From positions 11,419-75,418 of the forward strand of contig JBAPTI010000031.1 of NCBI GenBank assembly GCA_049282095.1: a DNA stretch of 64,000 nt, in the 5' to 3' direction. This document shows positions 9,659 through 17,827 of the stretch, piece by piece. Position 1 is the first letter of the stretch; every line of letters begins with the position of its first letter. The notes beneath the pieces were generated by a model, which worked only from the letters and a program-made list of their open reading frames with translations, did not search any database and had not been told where the DNA came from. The DNA is from Chthoniobacterales bacterium. GTDB taxonomy: Bacteria; Verrucomicrobiota; Verrucomicrobiia; Chthoniobacterales; UBA6821. The translations under genes were made by a program, and so were the position numbers.

Positions 9659-10381
9659 ATGAGAGTAGAATCAACCATCGACGGAGTCCTTCCCATTGAC
9701 AAAGCCTCAGGAATGACATCCCACGACGTGGTAGCCATCGTGCGGCGTGTCCTGGGAACCAAGAAGGTGGGCCATTGTGGAACCCTCGATCCGATGGCTA
9801 CCGGCCTTCTGCTGCTCACCCTGGGGCGCGGAACCAAGATCCAGGATCTCCTCATGAGCGAGGACAAGGAGTATGTAGGCACCATGAAGCTTGGCGAGAT
9901 GACGGACTCCCAGGATGCCGATGGAGAGATCGCCGAGACGCGCCCCGTTCCGGAGTTCACCCACGAGCAGTTGGAGAATGCCTTTGCCAAGTATGACGGC
10001 GATTTCTACCAGACTCCCCCGATGGTCTCCGCCATCAAGAAGGATGGAGTCGCCCTCTACAAGCTCGCTCGTCAGGGGAAGACGGTCGAGCGCGAGCCGC
10101 GCTTCGTCCACATCTACGCCCATCAGATCCTCGGGGTGCGTCCCCCGGAGATCGACTTCCGCGTTGTCTGCAGCAAGGGATTCTACGTGCGCACCTACGC
10201 CTTCGATATCGGGAACGATCTCGGGTGCGGTGCCCACCTGAATGCGCTCCGCCGCACCAAGTCGGGACGGTTTGATGTCGACATGTCATTCCCTGCGGCT
10301 GATCTCAAGACCGCCCCTCGCGAGGAGATCCTCGCGAAACTCCTGACCCTCCCCCAGGTCTCCCGCTTAAGGGGAGCCTAA
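9659..10381 (+). CDS. truB: tRNA pseudouridine-55 synthase
   Basis: Catalytic motif GHCGTLDPMATGLL, with TruB-like sequence along its full length and conserved operon position. Confidence 0.92.
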   Translation: MRVESTIDGVLPIDKASGMTSHDVVAIVRRVLGTKKVGHCGTLDPMATGLLLLTLGRGTKIQDLLMSEDKEYVGTMKLGEMTDSQDADGEIAETRPVPEFTHEQLENAFAKYDGDFYQTPPMVSAIKKDGVALYKLARQGKTVEREPRFVHIYAHQILGVRPPEIDFRVVCSKGFYVRTYAFDIGNDLGCGAHLNALRRTKSGRFDVDMSFPAADLKTAPREEILAKLLTLPQVSRLRGA

Positions 10382-10426
10382 GAAATTCTCGCGCAGAGAC
10401 GCAGAGGCGCGGAGAGATGAAATTGA

Positions 10427-10516
10427 TTCACAGGGATGAAAGGGATGAAGGAGATATCATGAGCGCTATCCCCTTAACTCTTTCCCTATCCCTTGTATCC
10501 CCTTCATCCCTGTGAA
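10427..10516. repeat. Hairpin element copy B (TTCACAGGGATGAAAGGGATGAAGGAGAT ... ATCCCTTGTATCCCCTTCATCCCTGTGAA)
   Basis: The arms are near-identical to copy A (463-564) but the interior is unrelated. The right arm contains the predicted ribF GTG start (10512). Confidence 0.8.
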
Positions 10517-11441
10517 TATTCTTCACTCCATAGAGGATCTTGCCGGCCTAAAGGGCCCGATTGTCCTCGCGGCGGGGACGTTCGACGGGGTGCATCTCGG
10601 CCATCAGGCCCTGATCCGTCGAGCGATGGAGGAGGCCTCTGCCTGCGGAGGGACAGCCGTGGTGATGACCTTCGACCGCCATCCGGCATCGCTACTCCGT
10701 CCCGAGAAAGCCCCGAAACTCCTGACTCGAAACGACGGGAAGGCCGCCCTGCTCGAGGGGATGGGTGTTCCGGCGTTGCTGTTGCTTGAGTTCACCAGTG
10801 ATCTGGCCCGTGTTCCCGCGCGGAACTTCATTGCGTCACTCGTTGCGGCATGCTCTCCGCTTCATGCTTTTTGTGTCGGGCGCCAGTGGACTTTCGGGAA
10901 GGGCGGTGAGGGGAACGTAGCCCTCTTGAAAGAACTGGGTGCGGAGCGGACATTCGAGGTCATCCAGATTGATCCCGTGATGGCCGCTGATTTACCGATC
11001 AGCAGCACCCGGATCAGGAAGGCCATCGCCTCCGGTGATTTCGCCGAGTCATCCGCCTGCCTCGGTCGACCGTTTCTCCTCACGGGCAAGGTGGTGAGCG
11101 GGGCCGGTCTGGGTGTCACGATCGGCTTTCCGACGGCGAATCTCAGCGTGGAAGGGATGCAACTTCCCCCTGACGGTGTCTATGCCGTGAGAGTCCATCG
11201 TGAGGGGAGGGTTTATCCTGGAGTCGCCAATATCGGGGTCCGTCCCACGGTGGATACCACCTCTAGCAAGCGAACCGTAGAGGTTCATCTCTTCGATTGT
11301 GCAGAAGACCTCGTCGGAAAAGAACTCTCCTTGGAATTCGTGAAGTTCCTCCGGGGGGAGGAAAAGTTTTCCGGTCTGGATGCCCTCAAGGGACAGATTG
11401 CCAAGGATTGCGAGCGGGCAAGAGCGATTCTCAGTCCTTGA
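10512..11441 (+). CDS. ribF: Bifunctional riboflavin kinase / FAD synthetase
   Basis: N-terminal FAD synthetase motif AAGTFDGVHLGHQ and a C-terminal riboflavin kinase domain (GFPTANL...VEVHLFD). The GTG start is uncertain by a few codons. Confidence 0.88.
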   Translation: MNILHSIEDLAGLKGPIVLAAGTFDGVHLGHQALIRRAMEEASACGGTAVVMTFDRHPASLLRPEKAPKLLTRNDGKAALLEGMGVPALLLLEFTSDLARVPARNFIASLVAACSPLHAFCVGRQWTFGKGGEGNVALLKELGAERTFEVIQIDPVMAADLPISSTRIRKAIASGDFAESSACLGRPFLLTGKVVSGAGLGVTIGFPTANLSVEGMQLPPDGVYAVRVHREGRVYPGVANIGVRPTVDTTSSKRTVEVHLFDCAEDLVGKELSLEFVKFLRGEEKFSGLDALKGQIAKDCERARAILSP

Positions 11442-11499
11442 CATTCCGGTGCCAAAGTGGCACCGATAGCTTATGGAACAAGTCCTTGAAGAACCACGG

Positions 11500-11763
11500 A
11501 TGCGCATTACTGCCCGCGTCACGGAAACCATGCGTGACACAATGGAACAGGCTGCTGAACTGATGGGGGCGACTCTCAATCAATTCATGGTGCAGATTGC
11601 TTATCTGGAGGCTCAACGCGTGATCGAGAGGGAGTCTGTCATCCGACTCTCACAGAAGGATGCAAGGAAAGTTCTCTCCCTGATCGATACCCCTCCCAAA
11701 CCCAACAAGCTTCTCAAGCAAGCGGTGAAGGAGTTTAAGGGATCCGTTCGTGCACGTCGTTGA
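11500..11763 (+). CDS. DUF1778 ribbon-helix-helix antitoxin (TacA-like)
   Basis: The opening MRITARVTETMRDTMEQAAELMGATLNQFMV is typical of DUF1778 antitoxins. It overlaps the downstream GNAT gene by 14 nt. Confidence 0.8.
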   Translation: MRITARVTETMRDTMEQAAELMGATLNQFMVQIAYLEAQRVIERESVIRLSQKDARKVLSLIDTPPKPNKLLKQAVKEFKGSVRARR

Positions 11764-12256
11764 ACTGCTTTCCAAGCGGCATGACCGCGAGGGATTTGAC
11801 TGCGGCAGTGAACCACTTAACCTCTTTCTCAGGCAAACGGCCCGACAGCATGCGGATCGGGGCATCTCCCGGACATTCGTCCTGACCGACGAGGAAGGTG
11901 ACCAGAAAACCATCCTCGGCTTTTTCTCGCTCAATCTCTGTCAGATCAAAGCCGAGTCGCTTGCTTCGAAAGAGTCAAAAAACCTGCCTAGGGACGTTGC
12001 CGGTGTCAGGTTGGGTAGATTGGCTGTTTCTCTGAATCATCAGCGCAAGGGATTGGGGCGTCTGTTGCTCGTGGCAGCCATGCAAAAATTTCTGGAGATC
12101 CATGGCGCTGCTGGAGGGATCGGACTCTTTGTTGATGCCAAGGACCTCGATGCCAAACGTTACTATGAGCAGTTCGGATTTGTTCCCATGCCATCGAATG
12201 ACCTAGAATTATTCTTGCCGTTCAAAACGATCCAGGAAGCCCTCAAAAAATCCTGA
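11750..12256 (+). CDS. GNAT-family acetyltransferase toxin (TacT/AtaT-like)
   Basis: N-terminal motif LSKRHDREGFDCGSEPLNLFLRQTARQH and a GNAT core (RLAVSLNHQRKGLGRLLL). It has a GTG start and is paired with the DUF1778 gene. Confidence 0.8.
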   Translation: MHVVELLSKRHDREGFDCGSEPLNLFLRQTARQHADRGISRTFVLTDEEGDQKTILGFFSLNLCQIKAESLASKESKNLPRDVAGVRLGRLAVSLNHQRKGLGRLLLVAAMQKFLEIHGAAGGIGLFVDAKDLDAKRYYEQFGFVPMPSNDLELFLPFKTIQEALKKS

Positions 12257-12288
12257 GAAGTACCACTCTACCCCCAAGAAAATGCGGG

Positions 12289-13215
12289 CTAGTCGTGGGA
12301 TAAAGCCGCCCTCATCGTCTCCACCGGAGCGGGTTCTCCGAACCAGAGGGAGTTCTGTAAGGCTCCCTGATGGAGGAGCATGGAGAAGCCGTTGGAGCAA
12401 CGGGAGCGAGCCAGTTTTGCCTGTTTCAGCAGGGCGGTCTCACCTCCGCTGTAGACCGTGTCGTAGACCAAATGCTTCGTTGTCAGGAGGCCATCGGGAA
12501 GGGGTGAGGGGTCATCCTCTTTCATGCCGAGAGGCGTGGCGTTGATGATCAGATCTGAATTGGCAACGGCGGATTGGAGCGCCTCGCTTGAGAGCGTTGA
12601 GAGCGCAATGGAATCCACCTTCACGCCTCTTGCTGTCATGATCTCGGAGGCCAAGGCATCACCCTTCTCCGTTTTCCGGTTGGCAACGGTGATTCCTGGA
12701 CACCCTTCAAGGGAACACTGAACGGTGATCGCCCTGCCAGCTCCACCCGCCCCTCCAAGGATCAGGACCCGGAGTTCCTTCAGCGGGATGCCGAATTCCT
12801 CGCTGACCGCGGCGGAGAGACCCGGGCCGTCGGTATTATGACCCAGGAGCTTCCCATCGACGACCTGAACCGTGTTGACCGCCCCCATGAGCCGGGATTC
12901 GAGACTGACCTCGTCCATGATCGGTAGCGCCGCCTGCTTGTGGGGGATGGTGAGGCTGGCTCCAAGGAATCCCGCCGAAGTGAGACTCCGCAACGCCTGC
13001 GGCAGTTCTTCCGAAGTGACGCGGATGCGAACGTACTGGAGTTCCAGACCGCGGGCTTTGAGCGCCGCGTTGTGCATCGGGGGGGATGCGGAGTGAGCGA
13101 CCGGATCGCCGAAGACGGCGAGTCGGGCCGGGGGATCGAGTTCTCGGAAAACCTTTCCCCCATCGGCCAGATCCGACGCCGTGAAGACGATCGGAGTCTC
13201 TCCGCAAGCGTTCAT
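12289..13215 (-). CDS. aroE: Shikimate 5-dehydrogenase
   Basis: Motifs SPPMHNAA, TIPHK, NTDGPG and GGAGGAGRA. The ORF-track N-terminal 109 aa overlap gltX and were trimmed back to ATG 13215. Confidence 0.88.
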   Translation of the reverse strand: MNACGETPIVFTASDLADGGKVFRELDPPARLAVFGDPVAHSASPPMHNAALKARGLELQYVRIRVTSEELPQALRSLTSAGFLGASLTIPHKQAALPIMDEVSLESRLMGAVNTVQVVDGKLLGHNTDGPGLSAAVSEEFGIPLKELRVLILGGAGGAGRAITVQCSLEGCPGITVANRKTEKGDALASEIMTARGVKVDSIALSTLSSEALQSAVANSDLIINATPLGMKEDDPSPLPDGLLTTKHLVYDTVYSGGETALLKQAKLARSRCSNGFSMLLHQGALQNSLWFGEPAPVETMRAALSHD

Positions 13216-13219
13216 CGGA

Positions 13220-14542
13220 TTACGCCCCGGCTTTCGCAATACCCTTGGAGAATCGTGCAAGGGTGCGCTCCTTACCGAGGATCTCCAGCATCTCGTAGAG
13301 GCCGGGTCCGATGCCGCGTCCGCTGGCCGCAACGCGAGCCGGATGGACAAGCTCGCCTGTCTTGATGGCGAGTTTTGCGGCCGTCTCCTTAAGGCTGACC
13401 TCGAGTGAAGCACACTCCCATGCAGGCAGCGCGGCATACACCTCGGAAAGGGCCTTGAGGCGCTCGGCTGCGGCGGGGCCGGTGAGAGACTTGGCCACGG
13501 CGGCCTCGTCATAGGGAAACTCCTCGGTGAAGAAACAGGCAACCCACTCGGGGAGATCCTTCAGGAGCTTCACCTTCGGCTTCACGATGGAGAGGACCTT
13601 CTCGAGGGAATCCCATGTCGGCCAGGAGATGCCGGCCTTCTCAAGGAAGGGGATGGCCAGTTCGGCGTAGCGGGCCAGGTCCATGGAGAGGAGATACTGG
13701 CCGTTGATCCAGAAACATTTGTCGAGGTCGAAGGCCGCATTGCGACGGTTGATCTGGTTGAGTTCAAACAGGGCCACCACTTCCTCCGTGCTGATGATCT
13801 CGCGATTTTCCTTGGGGGACCATCCTAGCAGGCTGAGATAGTTGCGGACCGCCTCCGGAGCGTATCCTGCCTCGGGGTAGGTTCCCAGAGCCGCACCCTC
13901 GTCACGCTTGCTCATCTTGCTGCCGTCGCGGTTCAGGATGAGCGGCATGTGCGCGAAGCGGGGAGGCTCCGCACCGAGCGCCCGGTAAAGCTCGATGTGC
14001 TTGGGGGTGTTTGAGAGATGATCCTCACCGCGGATCACGTGGGAGATCTTCATCTCGATGTCATCGACGACGCTGACGAAGTGGAAGATCCATGACCCGT
14101 CCGGACGGCGTAGGGTCAGGTCGGGATGGGTGCCGGGATTGGTCAGGTCGAATTCGATCTTTCCGCAGATCTCGTCGTCGACAATCACCTTCTCGCGGGG
14201 GGAGCGGAACCGGATGGCGCCGTTGTCCTCGTAGAGATGCCCGGCTTTCTCCAGGCGCGAGAGATACTCCTCGTAGATCGGCCCTCGTTCGCTCTGGTAG
14301 TAGGGGCCGTGGTTGCCGCCCTTCTGAGGTCCCTCGTCCCAGTCGAGGCCCAGCCAGTGGAGCCCGTCGAGGATGACCTTCTTGGCCTCCTCGGTGTTGC
14401 GGGTGTGGTCGGTGTCCTCGATGCGCAGGACAAACGTGCCGGCGTTCTTGCGGGCGTAGATCCAGTTGAAGAGTGCGGTGCGGGCTCCACCGACATGGAG
14501 GAGGCCGGTGGGTGACGGGGCGAATCGTGTGCGGACGGACAT
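13220..14542 (-). CDS. gltX: Glutamyl-tRNA synthetase
   Basis: Class I signatures: PSPTGLLHVGGARTALFN (HIGH region) and KMSKR (KMSKS). Confidence 0.93.
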   Translation of the reverse strand: MSVRTRFAPSPTGLLHVGGARTALFNWIYARKNAGTFVLRIEDTDHTRNTEEAKKVILDGLHWLGLDWDEGPQKGGNHGPYYQSERGPIYEEYLSRLEKAGHLYEDNGAIRFRSPREKVIVDDEICGKIEFDLTNPGTHPDLTLRRPDGSWIFHFVSVVDDIEMKISHVIRGEDHLSNTPKHIELYRALGAEPPRFAHMPLILNRDGSKMSKRDEGAALGTYPEAGYAPEAVRNYLSLLGWSPKENREIISTEEVVALFELNQINRRNAAFDLDKCFWINGQYLLSMDLARYAELAIPFLEKAGISWPTWDSLEKVLSIVKPKVKLLKDLPEWVACFFTEEFPYDEAAVAKSLTGPAAAERLKALSEVYAALPAWECASLEVSLKETAAKLAIKTGELVHPARVAASGRGIGPGLYEMLEILGKERTLARFSKGIAKAGA

Positions 14543-14829
14543 AGTGGTAAACCAAGATTCAACCCAGAAAAATCAGTTACGACCACGAAAAACACGAAAG
14601 ACACGAACTGTCAGATATTAAAACAACACGGGCAAATACCCGATCAGAAGAGATCATTCAGGCCCTCTTGTTTTAGTGCTTTTCGTGGTTTTCGCGGTTT
14701 ATTCCCATTTAGGAAAGGGATACGCCGGACAACCGAAAGCCACACGGGCGGGTGGCTGCGGAGAATTCCTTTGCGGGGAGAAAACAAGTGCTTAGGCTCT
14801 CGTTTCACCGATACACCCTTTTTGATCCC

Positions 14830-15303
14830 ATGACACTCTCCGAACGCATTGACCACGACCTCAAGGAAGCCATGAAAGCCCGCGATGCCGCCAAGCTCGG
14901 CACGCTTCGCATGGTGAAGAGCGCCTTCAAGTATGCGGCCATCGAGAAGAGCGGCGCCGACGCCGTCGTGGATGACGAGGTTGCCACCTACGTGCTGCGC
15001 AAGCAGATCAAGCAGCGGGAGGATGCGGCCGCCGGATTCGAGCAGGGAGGCCGTCCCGAGATGGCTGAAAAGGAGAAGGCCGAAATTGCCATTCTTGTTG
15101 CCTACCTCCCGGCGGCCCTTTCGACCGAGGAACTTGCCGCTATTGTCCGTGACGCGATTGCCGAAGTGGGAGCTTCCTTGGGAACACCAGAAGGTGTTGG
15201 CAAAGCCCAGATGGGAGCAGTCATGAAGGCCGCCCAGGCCAAGGCCGCCGGACGCGCCGATGGCAAGAGTCTCAGCGCAGAGGTTCAGAAGCAGCTTTCC
15301 TGA
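14830..15303 (+). CDS. GatB/YqeY domain protein
   Basis: MTLSERIDHDLKEAMKARD...LRMVKSA...REDAAAGFEQGGRPEMAEKEKAEIAIL is typical of the YqeY family. The start is set at ATG 14830. Confidence 0.8.
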   Translation: MTLSERIDHDLKEAMKARDAAKLGTLRMVKSAFKYAAIEKSGADAVVDDEVATYVLRKQIKQREDAAAGFEQGGRPEMAEKEKAEIAILVAYLPAALSTEELAAIVRDAIAEVGASLGTPEGVGKAQMGAVMKAAQAKAAGRADGKSLSAEVQKQLS

Positions 15304-15328
15304 TCCCGGGGGACTTTTCCCCTTCCTA

Positions 15329-15604
15329 GGGAAGCGCTGATTAAATCCCATGAAGGCCGCTGAAGAGCATTTGCTGATTTTTGAAGGCGCGAGTGCTGGG
15401 CGATACCCGCAGCGGTCTCGCCCGAGCGAGCAACGCGGCAAAAATCAACAAATGGTTTCAGCCCTGCGGGTTGCGGAGATAACAGGCCGGGGTTTGCGTT
15501 GGCTTGGCACTTACAGCCCGCTGCGGGGATGCTCGTGCCAAGCCGCCTTGCCCGCGGCCCATTCTTCCCGCAACGGCCTCTATGCGATTTAATCAGCGTT
15601 TCCC
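15329..15604 (+). mobile_element. MITE, full copy (276 bp), 19-nt TIRs, TA flanks
   Basis: Left TIR GGGAAGCGCTGATTAAATC and right TIR GATTTAATCAGCGTTTCCC. A TA sits at 15327-28 and at 15605-06. The element is near-identical to 27240-27516 and 52515-52790. Strand denotes an arbitrary element orientation. Confidence 0.85.
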
Positions 15605-15611
15605 TAACGAC

Positions 15612-16316
15612 ATGACCCGCTCAGCGCTTCCCGCTTCTGCCGCCGTGATCGTGGGCGGCGGGTCAGGTAACCGTTTCGGCGGGGATAAGCTCACGGTGTC
15701 GCTGGCCGGCAAGCCTTTGATTGCCCACACGCTCTCCGCCTTTGAAGGAACAGCCGCCGTTTCCGCAATCGTGCTGGTCGTTCCCCCCGGGAGGGAGGAA
15801 GAGTTCCGCACGATCGCGAGCATTGAGGGGATCTCGAAACTGACTTCCGTGATTCCCGGGGGGGAGCATCGCCATGAATCGGTTTGCCGCGGCCTGGAAG
15901 CGCTTCCGTCCGAGGTTGGACTCGTCGCGATCCATGACGCGGCGAGGCCCCTGATCACTCCTAATCTCATTACCCGCTGCCTTGAGACGGCGGCCAAGGA
16001 GGGGGCTTCCGCCTTGGCGGCTCCGGTGACCGACACCCTGCATCGGATCGATGCATTGGGATGCGCGGCCGGTACTGTCGATCGCACCACGCTCCGGGCA
16101 ATGCAAACTCCCCAAGTATTTTGTGCGGCAGAGATCAGAGATCTACTTGCCTCCGTGTCAGGTAAGCCTACCGATGAGGTCTCGGTCGCCATGACCGCAG
16201 GGAAGAAGGTTTCCTTGGTCGAGCATCACGAACCGAATCTCAAGCTCACCTGGCCCCATGACGTCGTCATGGCCGAGGCCCTGCTGCGTGACAGGAAAAG
16301 GCAAAATAAAAAATGA
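15612..16316 (+). CDS. ispD: 2-C-methyl-D-erythritol 4-phosphate cytidylyltransferase
   Basis: AAVIVGGGSGNRFGGDKL and IHDAARPL motifs. The ORF-track N-terminal extension lies inside the MITE and was trimmed to ATG 15612. Confidence 0.88.
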   Translation: MTRSALPASAAVIVGGGSGNRFGGDKLTVSLAGKPLIAHTLSAFEGTAAVSAIVLVVPPGREEEFRTIASIEGISKLTSVIPGGEHRHESVCRGLEALPSEVGLVAIHDAARPLITPNLITRCLETAAKEGASALAAPVTDTLHRIDALGCAAGTVDRTTLRAMQTPQVFCAAEIRDLLASVSGKPTDEVSVAMTAGKKVSLVEHHEPNLKLTWPHDVVMAEALLRDRKRQNKK

Positions 16317-16393
16317 AGAATGCAAAATTTTTGAAATCGCAAGGATGCCTCCGACTTATGGATGTTTATTGCCGTTGATGGGAAAACGTTGAA

Positions 16394-17662
16394 ATGAAGC
16401 CTCAGGTCTCCACCCTTCCCAACGGGCTCCGGGTCGCCACCTGCGCGATGCCTGCCTCGCAGACCGTCGCCGTCGGGGTCTGGTGCGGCATCGGTGCCCG
16501 CCATGAATCCGCCCGAGTCGGGGGAATCTCCCATTTCCTCGAGCATCTTCTCTTCAAGGGGACGAAGAAGCGCACTGCCCGCCGGATCAGCGAAGAGATC
16601 GAAGGGGTGGGGGGCGACTTGAACGCCTACACTGCCGAGGAGCGCACCTGCTACTACGCGGCGGCCTCCGCCGACCATCTTCAGCGCGTCACCGAGGTCC
16701 TCTCCGACATGTACTGCAACTCGCTTCTCAAGAGTGCCGAGGTGGAGAGGGAGCGGGGAGTGATCGTCGAGGAAATCGAGATGATCCGCGACGAACCGGC
16801 CCAGCATGTCCAGGAACTGCTGACCGCCGAGACATGGAAGGGAGCATCCCTTGCCCGGCCGATCACCGGCACGAAGCAGAGTCTCTCCTCCATCAGCCGT
16901 GCCGATCTGCTCACCCATCTGAAGTCCCATTACCATGCCGGGAGCACGGTTCTGACTGCGGCTGGAGCGGTCGAGCATGAGGAGGTGATGGAGCTTGCCA
17001 AGCGGTTCCTCGGCAGGTTGCCCAAAGGATCATCTCCCCGACGACTGCCTCATCCCGGTCGCCAGGCATCCCCTCGGATCGTCATTGAGGAAAGGGAATC
17101 CCAGCAGACCCAGCTCGCGCTCTCTTTCCGGGGTGTGGGGGCGAAGGATCCCCGACGCTACGCGGTCTCCCTGCTTCATGTCCTGCTCGGCGGAAACATG
17201 AGTTCCCGTCTCTTCCAGGAGCTGCGGGAGAAGCGTGGCCTCTGCTACTCCGTCAGCACCTCACTCTCCACCCATTCCGACTGCGGAGCCTTTGAAGTCG
17301 CGCTCGGACTGGACGGGGAGAATGTGGCGAAGGCGCTCGGTTTGATTCTCAAGGAATGCGATCGGATTGCCTCGAAGGGCCCTTCGGTTGCCGAATTGAA
17401 GCGTGCCTGCGATTACTCGATCGGAACAAGTCGGATGGCTCTGGAGCGTGCCGCGACACAGAACTACCGACTCGGCACCTCCCTCCTGACCTACGGGAAG
17501 ATCATCCCCCCCGAGCAGGTCTACGCCCGACTCGCCAAGGTGACGCCGGAAGAGATCAGAAATGTGGCCACCCAAGTCCTCAACCGCCGCACCCTCTGCC
17601 TCGGCATGGTCGGCCCGGGGCCTTCAAGGGAACGGCTTATGGGTCTCATCAGGCAACGCTGA
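16394..17662 (+). CDS. M16-family zinc peptidase (insulinase-like)
   Basis: Inverted zinc motif HFLEHLLFKG (HxxEH), downstream EE, and the two-domain length (422 aa). Confidence 0.85.
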   Translation: MKPQVSTLPNGLRVATCAMPASQTVAVGVWCGIGARHESARVGGISHFLEHLLFKGTKKRTARRISEEIEGVGGDLNAYTAEERTCYYAAASADHLQRVTEVLSDMYCNSLLKSAEVERERGVIVEEIEMIRDEPAQHVQELLTAETWKGASLARPITGTKQSLSSISRADLLTHLKSHYHAGSTVLTAAGAVEHEEVMELAKRFLGRLPKGSSPRRLPHPGRQASPRIVIEERESQQTQLALSFRGVGAKDPRRYAVSLLHVLLGGNMSSRLFQELREKRGLCYSVSTSLSTHSDCGAFEVALGLDGENVAKALGLILKECDRIASKGPSVAELKRACDYSIGTSRMALERAATQNYRLGTSLLTYGKIIPPEQVYARLAKVTPEEIRNVATQVLNRRTLCLGMVGPGPSRERLMGLIRQR

Positions 17663-17827
17663 CTGATTTGGATTTTCCCCGCAGAGGCGCTGAGGCGCGG
17701 AGAACGAAGGGGTTTTGGAAATTTCTCTAGGCTTGGAAGTTTGGATGCCTCGGTAGGCCGCCAAGCGAAGCTGTATAAATTATACTGCGAGCGTAGCCGT
17801 ACACCCCGCGGGGCCAAAATCCCAAGC

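Noticed and set aside
12289-13542. Long N-terminal extensions offered by the ORF track (aroE 417 aa; also rimO 540 aa, mlaE 417 aa, mlaF 359 aa, rex 269 aa, ispD 270 aa, rhodanese 325 aa)
   Set aside because: The extensions overlap the upstream gene or a MITE and are Pro/Arg/Ser-rich. Family-typical N-termini begin at internal ATGs, so those were used.
15350-15592. 80-86-aa ORFs inside the MITE copies (MKAAEEHLLIFEGASAGRYPQ... and, on the other strand, MALTARCGDARAKPPCPRP...)
   Set aside because: They recur only because the DNA is repeated. Between copies 15329 and 52515 most nucleotide differences change the amino acid, so there is no sign of purifying selection. Insert modules in the long copy also disrupt the frame. 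I treat them as non-coding, though a proper dN/dS test was not possible.
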